Counted from the stretch's first letter, positions 25,968 through 36,023 are shown. The stretch: DNA of 64,000 nt from Acidobacteriota bacterium (GCA_046727175.1 JBKPCD010000144.1:8384-72383), one strand, 5' to 3'. The notes: generated by a model from the sequence alone, not told the origin. Numbers and translations: made by a program.

Positions 25968-28625
25968 CTAGGAGCTGCGCAGCAACACCGCCGGATTGCT
26001 GACCAGCGCCCGGCGCGTGGGCAGCCAGCTCGCGGCGATGGTCACCAGCGCGACGATGGCGGTCGCGAGGATCAGTACGCCCGGATGGCGCGGGCTGATG
26101 TCGACCAGGATTGGACCCAGGACTGGTGCTCCAACGAACGCCACGATCGCACCCACACTCACACCCGCAACCCAGACGGCAGCCGTGCGCCTGGCGACGA
26201 GGCGGACGATGTGTGCGGGCGACGCACCCACAGCAAGCCTGATGCAGATCTCACGCGTGCGCTGGGCGATGCTGTAGGACACGAGCCCGTAGATGCCGAC
26301 CGTGACCAGCACGATCGCGAGGACACCAAAAACCGACAGGGCGCCCGCAGCGACGCGCATCGGAAACAGCGGGAGCGCCAGCAACCGCGACAATGAACCG
26401 TCCTCGAACAGCGCAAGCTCGGGATCGAGATCGCGCAGAGCGCGTTTCAGGGAGTCGAGCGCCACGGTCTCGTCCAGCGACGTGCGCACCACGATCGCGG
26501 TGCTCGGGTTGTACCACTGTGCGACAGCGTGATAGGCGACGGGTTTCGGTTCTTCGGACAGTGATCCGTACTTCCCGTCCTGGACGACACCGACGATTTC
26601 AATCCACGTTCCGCTCCGGCCTGTTCGAAATCGCCTACCAATCGGGTCTCCGGCTCCAAGGATTTGCGCGACGAACGCCTGGTTGACCAGCGCGACCCGG
26701 CGGCTCGTGCTCGTGTCGTTCTTGTCGAAATCGCGACCGGCGACAATTCGTGTCTGCATCGCCCGAAGGAACCCGGGAGAGATCTGATAGTAGATGGCCG
26801 ACGGCACCTCGGGGGCTCGCGGCTCCGGCTGTCCTTCGACGTACACGCGATGATTCGAGATGTCGAGCGTGAGCGGCAGTGAGCTGGCGAGACCGAACGA
26901 GTCGAGACCCGGCACGTTGCCGAGTCGTTCGAGCACACGATCCTGGAATCCACGTCCGCGCTCACCGTCGTAGCCCTGAAGTCCGATATCGACCCGCAGA
27001 GACACGGCCCCGCGTGGATTGAACCCGAGATCGACGGCCGCAGCGTGCTGAAGGCTCCGCACGATCAGCAGCGACCCGACGAGCAGCACCAGCGACAACG
27101 CGATCTGCGCGGCGACGACGAGGTCGCGAGCATGCCAACCGGGCCGGGGTCCGGCTTCTTCTCGCTTGAGCGCCGGCAGCAGATCGGTCCGTCCGGCGTG
27201 CAGCGCGGGCGTCACACCGACGATCAAGGTCGAGAACACGGCGAGGATGATGGCAAACACCACGACGCGGTAATCGAGCGAGAGGTCCGCGGTGATCGGG
27301 TAATCGATCGGCGCATGCCACTGCGCGAGCACACCCCTCAACCAGTGCGTCAGGAGCAGCGCCGCTGCACCGCCGCAGCCGCAGAGGAGGGCCGTCTCGA
27401 CGAGACCACGGCGGACGAGATCCGATCGTCTGGCGCCGAGCGCCAGACGAATCGCGCGATCGAGCTGCGTGTCAGTGACGCGCGCGAGCAGGATCCCGAT
27501 GACGTTGATGCACGCGAGCAGCAGTACGACGACGGCGACAACGAGCAACGCTGCAGCGAAACCGATGACGGGGCCGCGCAGCATGCTGCCGACCAGCCCC
27601 GGCGGCGAGAGCTCGATCCGCATTCCTTCGTTCAAATCCGGATATTCGCGCCCGAGCTGCGCGGCCACGGCATTCAGTGCGCCTCCGGCCTGGCCGCGGT
27701 CGAAACCTGGAGCGAGGCGGCCGAACACGAAGATGTTGTGCGTCTGCCGACGCTCGAGCCAGTTGTTGCCGGCCTCGATCTCCTCCTCCATCATCATCGG
27801 CACCCACACTTCCGGGCTGAAGAGCAGTTCCGTCCCGCGAAACGATACAGGCATGACGCCGATGACCGTGTATGAGCGGCCGTTCAGGATCACGGTGCGA
27901 TCGACGATCGCCGGGTTGCCGCCGAAGCGGCGCTGCCAGCAGCCGTAGCTCAGGACCACCAGGCGATGTGCACCCGGCACGCGATCATCGTTCGGCGTGA
28001 ACGCGCGGCCGAGCATCGCCCGCACGCCCAGCACGTCGAAGTAATTGCCAGTCGCGAGATACCCCCAGATCCGCGCGGGAGTGCCGCTGCCGCCAAGATT
28101 CATCGGCGCGAAGCGGTAGGCCGCGACTCCCGACAAGGCGGTCGTTCGATCGCGGACATCGCGGTAATCCGGGTAGGAATGCGTCGGCGTCGCGCTGCCG
28201 GCGCGATTCAGCATCACGATCCGATCCGGTTCGTGTACGAGTGGAAGCGGCTGGAAAAGAATGGCGTTTAGGACGCCGAAGACGGCCGCATTGGCGCCGA
28301 GCCCGAGACCGAGCGTCAGGATCGCGGCGGCCGTGAATCCCGGACGCGTCCGAAGGCTGCGAACGCCGAACCGGACGTCATGCGCCAGATGTTCGAGCAG
28401 CGGAATCCCACGCCGCTCGCGGTACTGCTCCGCGATCTGCGACACACCACCCAGCTTCAGGAGCGCGCGACGACGAGCCTCGCGCAGCGTCATCCCGGCG
28501 CGAAGATTGTCGTCGATGTGAAGAGCGAGATGGCTATCGAGCTCCGCCGCGAGCTCGCGATCGAGTCGATCGCGCCTGAAGATCGCGATGAGCCGTGCGA
28601 GCAACGCGCGACACCGGCCAGCCAT
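25968..28625 (-). CDS. ADOP-family duplicated permease with an N-terminal permease-prefix domain
   Basis: Prefix LDRELAAELDSHLALHIDDNLRAGMTLREARRRALLKLGG, followed by DVRFGVRSLRTRPGFTAAAI and two FtsX halves. ATG at 28625 is preferred over the GTG at 28643. Confidence 0.85.
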   Translation of the reverse strand: MAGRCRALLARLIAIFRRDRLDRELAAELDSHLALHIDDNLRAGMTLREARRRALLKLGGVSQIAEQYRERRGIPLLEHLAHDVRFGVRSLRTRPGFTAAAILTLGLGLGANAAVFGVLNAILFQPLPLVHEPDRIVMLNRAGSATPTHSYPDYRDVRDRTTALSGVAAYRFAPMNLGGSGTPARIWGYLATGNYFDVLGVRAMLGRAFTPNDDRVPGAHRLVVLSYGCWQRRFGGNPAIVDRTVILNGRSYTVIGVMPVSFRGTELLFSPEVWVPMMMEEEIEAGNNWLERRQTHNIFVFGRLAPGFDRGQAGGALNAVAAQLGREYPDLNEGMRIELSPPGLVGSMLRGPVIGFAAALLVVAVVVLLLACINVIGILLARVTDTQLDRAIRLALGARRSDLVRRGLVETALLCGCGGAAALLLTHWLRGVLAQWHAPIDYPITADLSLDYRVVVFAIILAVFSTLIVGVTPALHAGRTDLLPALKREEAGPRPGWHARDLVVAAQIALSLVLLVGSLLIVRSLQHAAAVDLGFNPRGAVSLRVDIGLQGYDGERGRGFQDRVLERLGNVPGLDSFGLASSLPLTLDISNHRVYVEGQPEPRAPEVPSAIYYQISPGFLRAMQTRIVAGRDFDKNDTSTSRRVALVNQAFVAQILGAGDPIGRRFRTGRSGTWIEIVGVVQDGKYGSLSEEPKPVAYHAVAQWYNPSTAIVVRTSLDETVALDSLKRALRDLDPELALFEDGSLSRLLALPLFPMRVAAGALSVFGVLAIVLVTVGIYGLVSYSIAQRTREICIRLAVGASPAHIVRLVARRTAAVWVAGVSVGAIVAFVGAPVLGPILVDISPRHPGVLILATAIVALVTIAASWLPTRRALVSNPAVLLRSS

Positions 28626-28649
28626 ATTGGATAGCCATATCACGGCTCA

Positions 28650-28790
28650 TATGGGAACACAAGAGGAACGGCTCACGGCGTTCGGCTTGGGGCCGCCCGG
28701 GCTTTGGCCGAAGCCGTTAGGGTAAGGCTAGCGGCGCTGTGTTGAGGTCATTCAAACGTCCAGAGTGAAGAGCCATGAGCCAAGAGCCGA
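28650..28790. repeat. GGCT(N)-unit / GAGCC(N)-unit degenerate repeat spacer
   Basis: GGCTCATATGGG..GGCTCACGGCGTTCGGCTTGGGGCCGCCCGGGCTTTGGCCGAAGCC .. GAAGAGCCATGAGCCAAGAGCCGA. Confidence 0.6.
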
Positions 28791-30164
28791 TCACGCGGTC
28801 AGCACAGCGTCCGCGGACATTCGGCGCATCGGCTGACGCTTCCAGTACGTGAGCGAGCGCCAGCACCACTCCAGCGGGCCAAAGCGGTACTGGCGGAGCC
28901 AGATCGGACTCACGATCAAGTTGATGACCCAGATCGCAAGCACGACGATGTAGAGCTGATACCGCTGGAGGTGACCGTACAACTGGAATCCGTACCCGGT
29001 GAAAAGGAACGCGGTGATCATCGAGTGCAGGACGTAATTGCTGAACGCCATCTGACCAACGGCGGCGAGTCGCGCCATCGCGCCTCGGAACCAGTCCGAC
29101 TTGACGATCAGCATGATCAGCCCGAGGTGTCCCAGCGCAATCGAGAGGCGGCCGAGATCGTAGGTCGACGCGGCGAACTCGTGCAGGACGGGATCGAAGT
29201 TGCTCGAGATCATCAGCCACGCCGTGTAGCTGTTCACCGGAATGCCGACACCGTACCCGATCAGCACGAACAGGGCGTAGAGTCGCGTCGGCTTCTCGGC
29301 CGCGAGCACGCCCAGCTTCATCAAGCCCATGCCAATCAGCATCATGCACCAGATGTCCCAGTTGAAGGGATGATAGTACGGGAACGAATGAACGAAAAGC
29401 ACGAACTTGGCGCGCGCGCCGATGACGCGGAGCGGGTTGTGCGATCGCCATTCCTCGGCATCCTTTGCGAGCTGCTCGGCCGTCGGTTGGGCGAACCGCC
29501 GGAACTGCTGATACTCGCGCCGCGCGTCCTCCTCTTCCTCGCTGAGCGTCTTCCCGCTCGCCGCGGCGCGGTCGGCGGCCTGCCCCTTCTCGATCATCCC
29601 TCGCTGCGCGAACCCATGCCCGATGTACGCGGCGGCATTGAGCACCAGCAGGATCGATCCGATGATGATGAGCGTCTTCGCGCGCAGCTTCCGGAACGGA
29701 TAGAGAACGAGCCCGCAGAGCGCGTACGGGTAGAGGATGTCACCTTCCCACAGCAGATAGGCATGAACGATGCCGAACAGCAGGAGCCAGAGCGTCCGAC
29801 GGTAGTAGATGTCCGCCGCGTCCGCGCGACTCTCCAGCCGCGTCGTCAACAGGATGACGCTTGCCCCGAACACGAGCGAGAAGAGACACCGCATCTTGCC
29901 CTCGGCGAGGACGTGCATCACGGTCCAGACCCACAGGTTGGCGCCGCTCGAACCCCCGGTGACCGTCGGATTGTCGTAGGCCGCAGCATTCAGGCCCATG
30001 GCCACGATGTTCATCAGGAGAATACCCAGCAGCGCAAAGCCGCGGAGCGCATCGAGCGCGCCGATTCGGTCGCGCTCGTCAACCGGTCGCGAGCTGCCGT
30101 CGAGGGTGTCGAATGCCACAGAAAGGTCCTGTGGCGACGTGAGCGCGTCGCTTTCGGTGAGCAT
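28791..30164 (-). CDS. DUF418 (YeiB-like) polytopic membrane protein
   Basis: Hallmark RIGALDALRGFALLGILLMN. Multiple TM segments across 457 aa. Confidence 0.75.
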   Translation of the reverse strand: MLTESDALTSPQDLSVAFDTLDGSSRPVDERDRIGALDALRGFALLGILLMNIVAMGLNAAAYDNPTVTGGSSGANLWVWTVMHVLAEGKMRCLFSLVFGASVILLTTRLESRADAADIYYRRTLWLLLFGIVHAYLLWEGDILYPYALCGLVLYPFRKLRAKTLIIIGSILLVLNAAAYIGHGFAQRGMIEKGQAADRAAASGKTLSEEEEDARREYQQFRRFAQPTAEQLAKDAEEWRSHNPLRVIGARAKFVLFVHSFPYYHPFNWDIWCMMLIGMGLMKLGVLAAEKPTRLYALFVLIGYGVGIPVNSYTAWLMISSNFDPVLHEFAASTYDLGRLSIALGHLGLIMLIVKSDWFRGAMARLAAVGQMAFSNYVLHSMITAFLFTGYGFQLYGHLQRYQLYIVVLAIWVINLIVSPIWLRQYRFGPLEWCWRSLTYWKRQPMRRMSADAVLTA

Positions 30165-30229
30165 GGGCGATCCCTCATCCTCTCTGCCGATCGCGGATGT
30201 TGTGTACGGGATACGGACGAACAGTGTAG

Positions 30230-30324
30230 CCGGATTCGGGTTCCGGATTCACAGGTTCCACGTTCCAGGTCGGTTCTTCTCCGGAACCTACCCGGAACCC
30301 GGAACCTGTGAACCCGGAACCTGG
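30230..30324. repeat. GGAACC-type microsatellite hairpin (core related to 8251-8355, without the conserved termini)
   Basis: CCGGATTCGGGTTCCGGATTCACAGGTTCCACGTTCCAGGTCGGTTC / TTCT / CCGGAACCTACCCGGAACCCGGAACCTGTGAACCCGGAACCTGG. It shares TTCACAGGTTCC with the 8224-8379 element. Confidence 0.9.
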
Positions 30325-31659
30325 CTACCGCCAGTATTTCTCCACGAATTCGAGGAACGCCTTCCAGTCGGCGGGTGTAGCCGTGTGCCCGCCCGTGTGG
30401 TAATGCCAGCCCAGATCGCCGTTCGTCAGCGCCGTGTCGAGCGGGGGGAGCGACGTGACACCCAGATCCTTCTTGCCGAGCAGTCGATACGCAGGACCTA
30501 CCGCGACCTCGGCGAGAAATTCACCGACGGGATCGGCCCATTGATCGCCGGTGCCGCCGGTGATGAACACGGGACGCGGCGCGCTCAGCGCAATCAGCAT
30601 GTGCGCATCCACCGGCATCTCGTTCCAGCGTCCCACCCACTTCTGGAAATTCCCAGCGAACTGCCACGGAAAGTTCTGCGCCATGTCGTCCACTGTTTCG
30701 CCCCAGTCGCGGCGCGCGAGCGCGGAGCCCATCTCGCCCGCGCAGCTCGAATACACCGCTGCGATGCGCTCGTCGAGGGCGGAGGCCCACAGAACCGTTT
30801 TGCCAAGCCGCGAATGCCCGTGCACCGCGATCTGCTTCGCGTTCACCGACCGATCGGTTTCGAAGTAATCGAGGATGCGACTGATGCCCCACGACCACGC
30901 GCTGATCGTGCCCCACTCGTCAGCCGCAGGCTGCTGCTGCCCCGCCGTCAGCGTCGCGCCGATGACGCCTTCGCTCCAGGCGTTCGCGCGATCCGGCTGG
31001 ACGTCCAGATACCCGACCGTCGCGTATCCCCAGCCGCGCGCGACGATGTCCGCAGAAACAGGCGAGTCGCTGAACGCATTCGGATTCATCGCTCGACCGC
31101 CGCCAGCGCCGGCGGCCGGCGACGGACCGCCACCAAAATTCACGAGGAGGATCACGGGAACGGGTTTCTTCGCATCGATCGGCGTGTACAGCATCACGTT
31201 GATTCGCGGAGCATCGGCCTTCTCACCGACCGTCCCCACAATCTTCTTCATCACTGCCGTACCCGAGCGCGCGTGTGCGTCGGTTTCCACGACCTGCCAT
31301 CTGACGCGCGGCGTGCTCGCCGGTATGCGGCCGTAGATCTCGGTCTCGTAGAGTCGAACGATCTCGGGACGACGCTGCTTCATCCAGACGGTGGCGTCCT
31401 TGACGGGCGCGCCGCTGGCGAGGACGAGCGGATCGGGCAATGTGTAAGGACGCACCTTGCTCTCGTCATAGTTCGACACGTGGCCCGTCTTCAGCGCGAG
31501 TCGCAACGGATTGCCATTGGGATCAGCGCCGAGATTCGTGCTGCGGCCGGATCCCTGGGGCGTCTCGGTTTGAACGGTGGGCGTCGGCTGCTGCTGTGCT
31601 CCGACGACCAGAGTCGCGCAGATGAGCGCTGGGCCCAGGTGGATGATTCGCGACGACAT
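30325..31659 (-). CDS. Carbohydrate esterase family 15-like (glucuronoyl esterase) secreted protein
   Basis: Start at MSSRIIHLGPALICATLVVGAQQQ (signal). Nucleophile motif GHSRLGKTVLWASALDERI, as in bacterial CE15. The track ORF extends to 31953, which I reject. Confidence 0.7.
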   Translation of the reverse strand: MSSRIIHLGPALICATLVVGAQQQPTPTVQTETPQGSGRSTNLGADPNGNPLRLALKTGHVSNYDESKVRPYTLPDPLVLASGAPVKDATVWMKQRRPEIVRLYETEIYGRIPASTPRVRWQVVETDAHARSGTAVMKKIVGTVGEKADAPRINVMLYTPIDAKKPVPVILLVNFGGGPSPAAGAGGGRAMNPNAFSDSPVSADIVARGWGYATVGYLDVQPDRANAWSEGVIGATLTAGQQQPAADEWGTISAWSWGISRILDYFETDRSVNAKQIAVHGHSRLGKTVLWASALDERIAAVYSSCAGEMGSALARRDWGETVDDMAQNFPWQFAGNFQKWVGRWNEMPVDAHMLIALSAPRPVFITGGTGDQWADPVGEFLAEVAVGPAYRLLGKKDLGVTSLPPLDTALTNGDLGWHYHTGGHTATPADWKAFLEFVEKYWR

Positions 31660-32090
31660 CACTTGATCCTCTCTCGCGTGCCGCGAGTTTATCTCACGTG
31701 CAGGCGACCATCGTCGCCTGAGTTCAGACGCGCGGGCGTGCCAGCCGTAGCTCTCAAACCGGCGCCGATGGCCGTCTTCGCCTAGGGGTACGGCGGGCAG
31801 CCTTCCCCCTGAGTCGAGAGCGAAGGCTGGAATGTGCTTCGCGATAAACGCCGATTCTGGCGCTTGCCGCGCTACTCGGGTTACTCGCGATACCAACTGC
31901 ACCGTGGCAAGCTCCAGTGCAGCGGGCCACACAATTGCTGCTGACTTCAGCAACCTGCCCAGCCGTCAGCCCAGCCGTCGCAACCGCCGCAGGTGGACAT
32001 CAACATTCACCGCAGCGGCCGCGCATGGTATGCGAGCCCCGTCTGGATCGCCATCGTCGTACTCGTGCTGTTGGTCGTCGTCGCGACACC

Positions 32091-32138
32091 CCCATCGCCG
32101 TCGCTCGCGGGGCCCCGACGCCCCGCTCCGCTCCGGCG
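32091..32138 (+). repeat. GC-rich dispersed direct repeat, copy 1
   Basis: CCCATCGCCGTCGCTCGCGGGG (22 nt) and CCGCTCCGCTCCGGCG (16 nt) are identical to 32465-32486 and 32498-32513. Confidence 0.85.
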
Positions 32139-32421
32139 GGCGCGCCTGCGGCGCGTAACCGCGTTTCGTCCTTTGAATGATGTTGACTGATGCCCGGGTG
32201 GCGAACGCCGCCCCGCCCTTTTCGTAGCGTTTCTCGCCGCATAACCCGCCGGTCACCTCTCAGTAGTCGAAAAATCCGATATACACGCATCGAGCCGAAA
32301 GAACATGCGTCGTCGTTTTGCAATGCAATACTTCCCTCGCCGACAGACGCCGGCTTGATCGTCGTTGATCCGCGGAACTAGCATCAACACTCTGCTTGCG
32401 GGCATGTCAGGAGGAGTGACG

Positions 32422-35400
32422 ATGCGCATCAAACCGAGCCGGGGGGCTTCGCCCCGCCGGACCACCCATCGCCGTCGCTCGCGGGGACCCGTTGTCGCCG
32501 CTCCGCTCCGGCGCGGCGCGTTTCTGGCGCGCCTAATTGCCCTGATCGCGCTGATGAGCGTCGCGCTTCCTGCGCGACCTGCGGCTGCGCAAATCGGCGG
32601 CAGCGGATCGATTCAAGGGACCGTTCTCGATCCGTCAGGTGCGGCGCTCCCCGGCGCGACGGTCACAGCCACGAATGTCGCAACGGGCGTCGAGACCACG
32701 CGAGCGACGACTGATGCCGGCGTGTACGCGCTCTCGCCACTTCCCCCAGGCGAGTACAAAGTCACGGTCACGCTCGACGGCTTTCAGACCTTCGTCCAGG
32801 AACACGTCATTGTCGACGCCCTCGCCGTCGTCGGACTCAATCCGAAGCTCACCGTCGGCGGAGTGACGCAGGAAGTCACGGTATCTGCCCAGCCATTGCA
32901 GCTCAGTACTGCCGACGCGCGCCTCGGCCAGACGATTCGCAACGAGGTCTACACGTCACTGCCGCTCGTCATGAACACAGGCGGACCGCGCGATCCGACC
33001 GCGTTCATGTTTCTAATGCCCGGCGTCCAATCCGTCGGTCGATGGGGCAACGTGATGGGTGGACAGGACTTCACGAACGACACGTACGTCGAAGGCGTCC
33101 CGATCACGAACTCCGTCGTGCAGGGGGAAGGACGCAATCTTTCCTTCGGCATCTCGGTCGAGGCCGTCGATCAGTTTCAGGTCGAGACGAGCGGCACGGC
33201 AGTCATGTACAACGGGCAGGGCGCGTCGAACTACGTCGTGAAATCGGGCACGAATCAGTGGCGCGGCAGCGGTTTCGAGTTCTTCCGTAACAAGGCGCTC
33301 GACGCAAGGCCGTTCTTTGCGGCGGCGAAGCCCGACGACGACCAGCACGAATACGGATTCACGTTGGGCGGGCCGATTCGGAAGAACCGCATGTTCGTCT
33401 TCGTCGCCTATGACGGCTACCGGGATCGCCGGCAGACGCCGACGACGCTCGTCTCGATCCCGACGGCGGCGCAGCGCAACGGGGACTTCAGCGCGCTGCC
33501 CGTGGCGATTTACGATCCGAGCACGACTCGCCCGAATCCGAACGGCACCGGCTTCATCCGCGATCCGTTCCCCGGCAACATCATTCCCGCTGATCGCATC
33601 TCGCCGATCTCGAGGTACTTCCAGTCGTTCCTGCCGTCGCCGACGAATGCGGCGCTGCAGAACAATTATCTCGGCGGCAACCTGCCGATCGGGTTCGACA
33701 ACCGGAACGTCACGATCAAGGTGGACTGGCATCCGTCGGCGAGACATCAGGCATCGGTGCTGTTTGCACATGGCAAGCGATCCCAGGCGACGCCGTTCCG
33801 GGGTGGCACGAATCCGCAGACCTATCTCCCGCTGCCATACACGGAGACGCGTCTGGTCGAGGAGATACCGACCACGGCGCAGGTGAAGCACACGTACGTC
33901 ATGCGTTCGTCGATGCTGAATCAGTTCAGCGTGGGGTTTTCGCGGCTTGCGGTGCCGATCGCCAACGCGACGATCGACGGGCGGTATCCTCAGCAGGCGG
34001 GTCTGCGCGGCTTGCCCCCGGGCGAGGCGGATTCGTCGTTCCCCGAAATCGCGTTCGCCGGACCAAATCCACCGACGCAGTGGCGCGGCACCGACGCGCG
34101 TGCATTCACCGAGTACCTCAACAACTACACGCTCCAGGACAACGTTCAGTGGTTGCACGGCAAGCACGCGGTGACTTTCGGGTTCCAGGCGCAGCGGATG
34201 GATGCAAACGAGCGCGAGCGCACGTACGGCAGCCTCGCGACGTTCGGCTTCAGCAACGTGCAGACTGCCGGCTTCGCGTCGAACGGCACGCTGCTCACCA
34301 CGACAGGCAGCTCATACGCGAGCTTCCTGCTGGGTGAGCTCAATGCCACGAACGTCATCGAGGACTCGCAGGTTGCGACGAGCGGCCGTTTCTACACGTA
34401 CGCGTGGTGGGCGCAGGACGACTACAAGGTCACGCCGCGTCTCGCACTCAATCTCGGACTGCGCTACGACATCCTGAAGCCGTACTCCGAAGTTTACGAT
34501 CGCTGGTCGTTCCTGAATGCGACGCTGCCCAATCCCGTCGCCAGCGGTTATGGCGGCGCCATCCAATTCGCCGGGTCTGGTGACGCCAGCTGTCATTGTC
34601 AGACGCCAATCGCGACCTATTACGGCGCCATCGGTCCACGCATCGGCGCGGCGTACAGCTTGAACAGCCGTCTCGTGTTGCGCGGCTCGTACGGAACCAT
34701 GTACTCGCGACGGGGCGCCGTCGGCGGGCGAGCCGGTGCCAGGAATGGCACCGGCACGCTCGGGTTCTCCGCAAACGCGTCATTCCCCAGCCCCGACGGC
34801 TTCACTCCCGCGTACAACTGGACCAACGGCGTGCCGTCGTACGCGAAGCCTCCGTTTTTCGATCCAGGGCTCAACGCGGGGTTCACGACGACGATTCCGA
34901 CGGGTGGCGGCGTGACCTACGGCGATCCGGAGATCGGCGGCCGTCCACCGCGGTATCAGAACTGGAATGGGGGCGTTCAGTACGCGCTGACGCCGACGAT
35001 GAGCGTTGGCGTGGCGTACGCGGGCAGTCACGGGGACTTCCTCGGCGGATCGGGACGCGGATACTGGTCGAATCAACTCGATCCGAAGTACCTCGCGCTC
35101 GGCAACCTGCTGCAACAACGCGCCTCGGCGGCGACAATCGCGGCCGCGCTGGCGATCGTCCCCGACGTGCGCCTTCCGTTCGCGAACTTCTCGGGCACGA
35201 TTGCGCAGATGCTGCGGCCGTTTCCTCAGTATTCGGGCGTGACCGACGTCTACGGCGACGTTGCCTCTTCGAACTATCACTCGCTGCAGCTCACGCTCGA
35301 GCAGCGGCGGCTGAAAGGCGTGGTCGTCAACTTCAATTACACGTACAGCCGGACCGAGGACAACCTCGCGTGGCGATCGGGATACCTGATCGACCAGGAC

Positions 35401-35982
35401 TGGGCGGTCGGCGTCAACGATCAGCCGCACATCATGAACGCGATTGTCGTTTACGACGTGCCGTTCGGCGGCAGCAATCGCGTGCTGCGATCCATCGTGA
35501 GCGGCTGGCAGCTGTCCGGCATCACGCAATTCCGATCGGGACGTCCGCTCGGCTCGATTGGCGCGAGCTGCAACCTGCCGAGTGCCGGCACCTGCTATGC
35601 CGACTTCAATCCGAGCTTCTCGGGCCCTGTGCGGATCAACGGCGACTACGGCGACGGTGACGTGCTCGGAGCGAATCCGCCGTCGTACATCGATCGCGAC
35701 GCCTTCGTTTCTCCGGCAGCGTTCACGTTCGGCAACACGCCGCGGACGCTCGCGTTCGGATTGAGGAACCCGAACGTGTGGAATCAGGATCTCGCCGTGC
35801 GGCGCACGTTCCACGTAGCGGGGACCGTCAAGCTCCGTCTGGGCGCCGAAGTCTTCAACGTGTTCAACACAGTCGTCTTCGGCGGGATTCAGACGAACAT
35901 CACCAATGCGAACTTCGGGCGCGTCAGCTCGCAAACCAACGCGCCGCGCGTTGGACAGTTGACAGTCAAGGTCGACTTCTGA
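32422..35982 (+). CDS. TonB-dependent receptor-like outer-membrane protein with a CarboxypepD_reg N-domain
   Basis: AGGAGG lies 7 nt upstream of the ATG at 32422. GSIQGTVLDPSGAALPGATVTATNVATG..YALSPLPPGEYKVTV, then a long beta-barrel ending QLTVKVDF. The N-region before the signal h-region is unusually long and basic and contains a dispersed repeat, so the start is uncertain. Confidence 0.8.
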   Translation: MRIKPSRGASPRRTTHRRRSRGPVVAAPLRRGAFLARLIALIALMSVALPARPAAAQIGGSGSIQGTVLDPSGAALPGATVTATNVATGVETTRATTDAGVYALSPLPPGEYKVTVTLDGFQTFVQEHVIVDALAVVGLNPKLTVGGVTQEVTVSAQPLQLSTADARLGQTIRNEVYTSLPLVMNTGGPRDPTAFMFLMPGVQSVGRWGNVMGGQDFTNDTYVEGVPITNSVVQGEGRNLSFGISVEAVDQFQVETSGTAVMYNGQGASNYVVKSGTNQWRGSGFEFFRNKALDARPFFAAAKPDDDQHEYGFTLGGPIRKNRMFVFVAYDGYRDRRQTPTTLVSIPTAAQRNGDFSALPVAIYDPSTTRPNPNGTGFIRDPFPGNIIPADRISPISRYFQSFLPSPTNAALQNNYLGGNLPIGFDNRNVTIKVDWHPSARHQASVLFAHGKRSQATPFRGGTNPQTYLPLPYTETRLVEEIPTTAQVKHTYVMRSSMLNQFSVGFSRLAVPIANATIDGRYPQQAGLRGLPPGEADSSFPEIAFAGPNPPTQWRGTDARAFTEYLNNYTLQDNVQWLHGKHAVTFGFQAQRMDANERERTYGSLATFGFSNVQTAGFASNGTLLTTTGSSYASFLLGELNATNVIEDSQVATSGRFYTYAWWAQDDYKVTPRLALNLGLRYDILKPYSEVYDRWSFLNATLPNPVASGYGGAIQFAGSGDASCHCQTPIATYYGAIGPRIGAAYSLNSRLVLRGSYGTMYSRRGAVGGRAGARNGTGTLGFSANASFPSPDGFTPAYNWTNGVPSYAKPPFFDPGLNAGFTTTIPTGGGVTYGDPEIGGRPPRYQNWNGGVQYALTPTMSVGVAYAGSHGDFLGGSGRGYWSNQLDPKYLALGNLLQQRASAATIAAALAIVPDVRLPFANFSGTIAQMLRPFPQYSGVTDVYGDVASSNYHSLQLTLEQRRLKGVVVNFNYTYSRTEDNLAWRSGYLIDQDWAVGVNDQPHIMNAIVVYDVPFGGSNRVLRSIVSGWQLSGITQFRSGRPLGSIGASCNLPSAGTCYADFNPSFSGPVRINGDYGDGDVLGANPPSYIDRDAFVSPAAFTFGNTPRTLAFGLRNPNVWNQDLAVRRTFHVAGTVKLRLGAEVFNVFNTVVFGGIQTNITNANFGRVSSQTNAPRVGQLTVKVDF
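32441..32513 (+). repeat. GC-rich dispersed direct repeat, copy 2 (inside the 5' end of the TonB-dependent receptor ORF)
   Basis: GGGGGCTTCGCCCCGCCGGACCACCCATCGCCGTCGCTCGC matches 54551-54590 at roughly 36 of 41 positions. The 3' part matches copy 1. Confidence 0.85.
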
Positions 35983-35997
35983 CCAGACCGTGGGTTC

Positions 35998-36023
35998 GGG
36001 AGCCGTCGCGCCGGGCGGCTCCC
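35998..36023 (+). terminator. Candidate terminator hairpin after the TonB-dependent receptor gene
   Basis: GGGAGCCG / CGGCTCCC 8-bp stem with a 10-nt loop, 16 nt after the stop codon. No U-tract. Confidence 0.35.

Noticed and set aside
31993-32190. A 65-aa ORF with a hydrophobic stretch (VWIAIVVLVLLVVVA) in the 760-bp divergent spacer.
   Set aside because: It has a GTG start without a convincing SD. Its C-terminal half is encoded by the GC-rich dispersed repeat. It could be a real small membrane protein, but the sequence alone does not support it.
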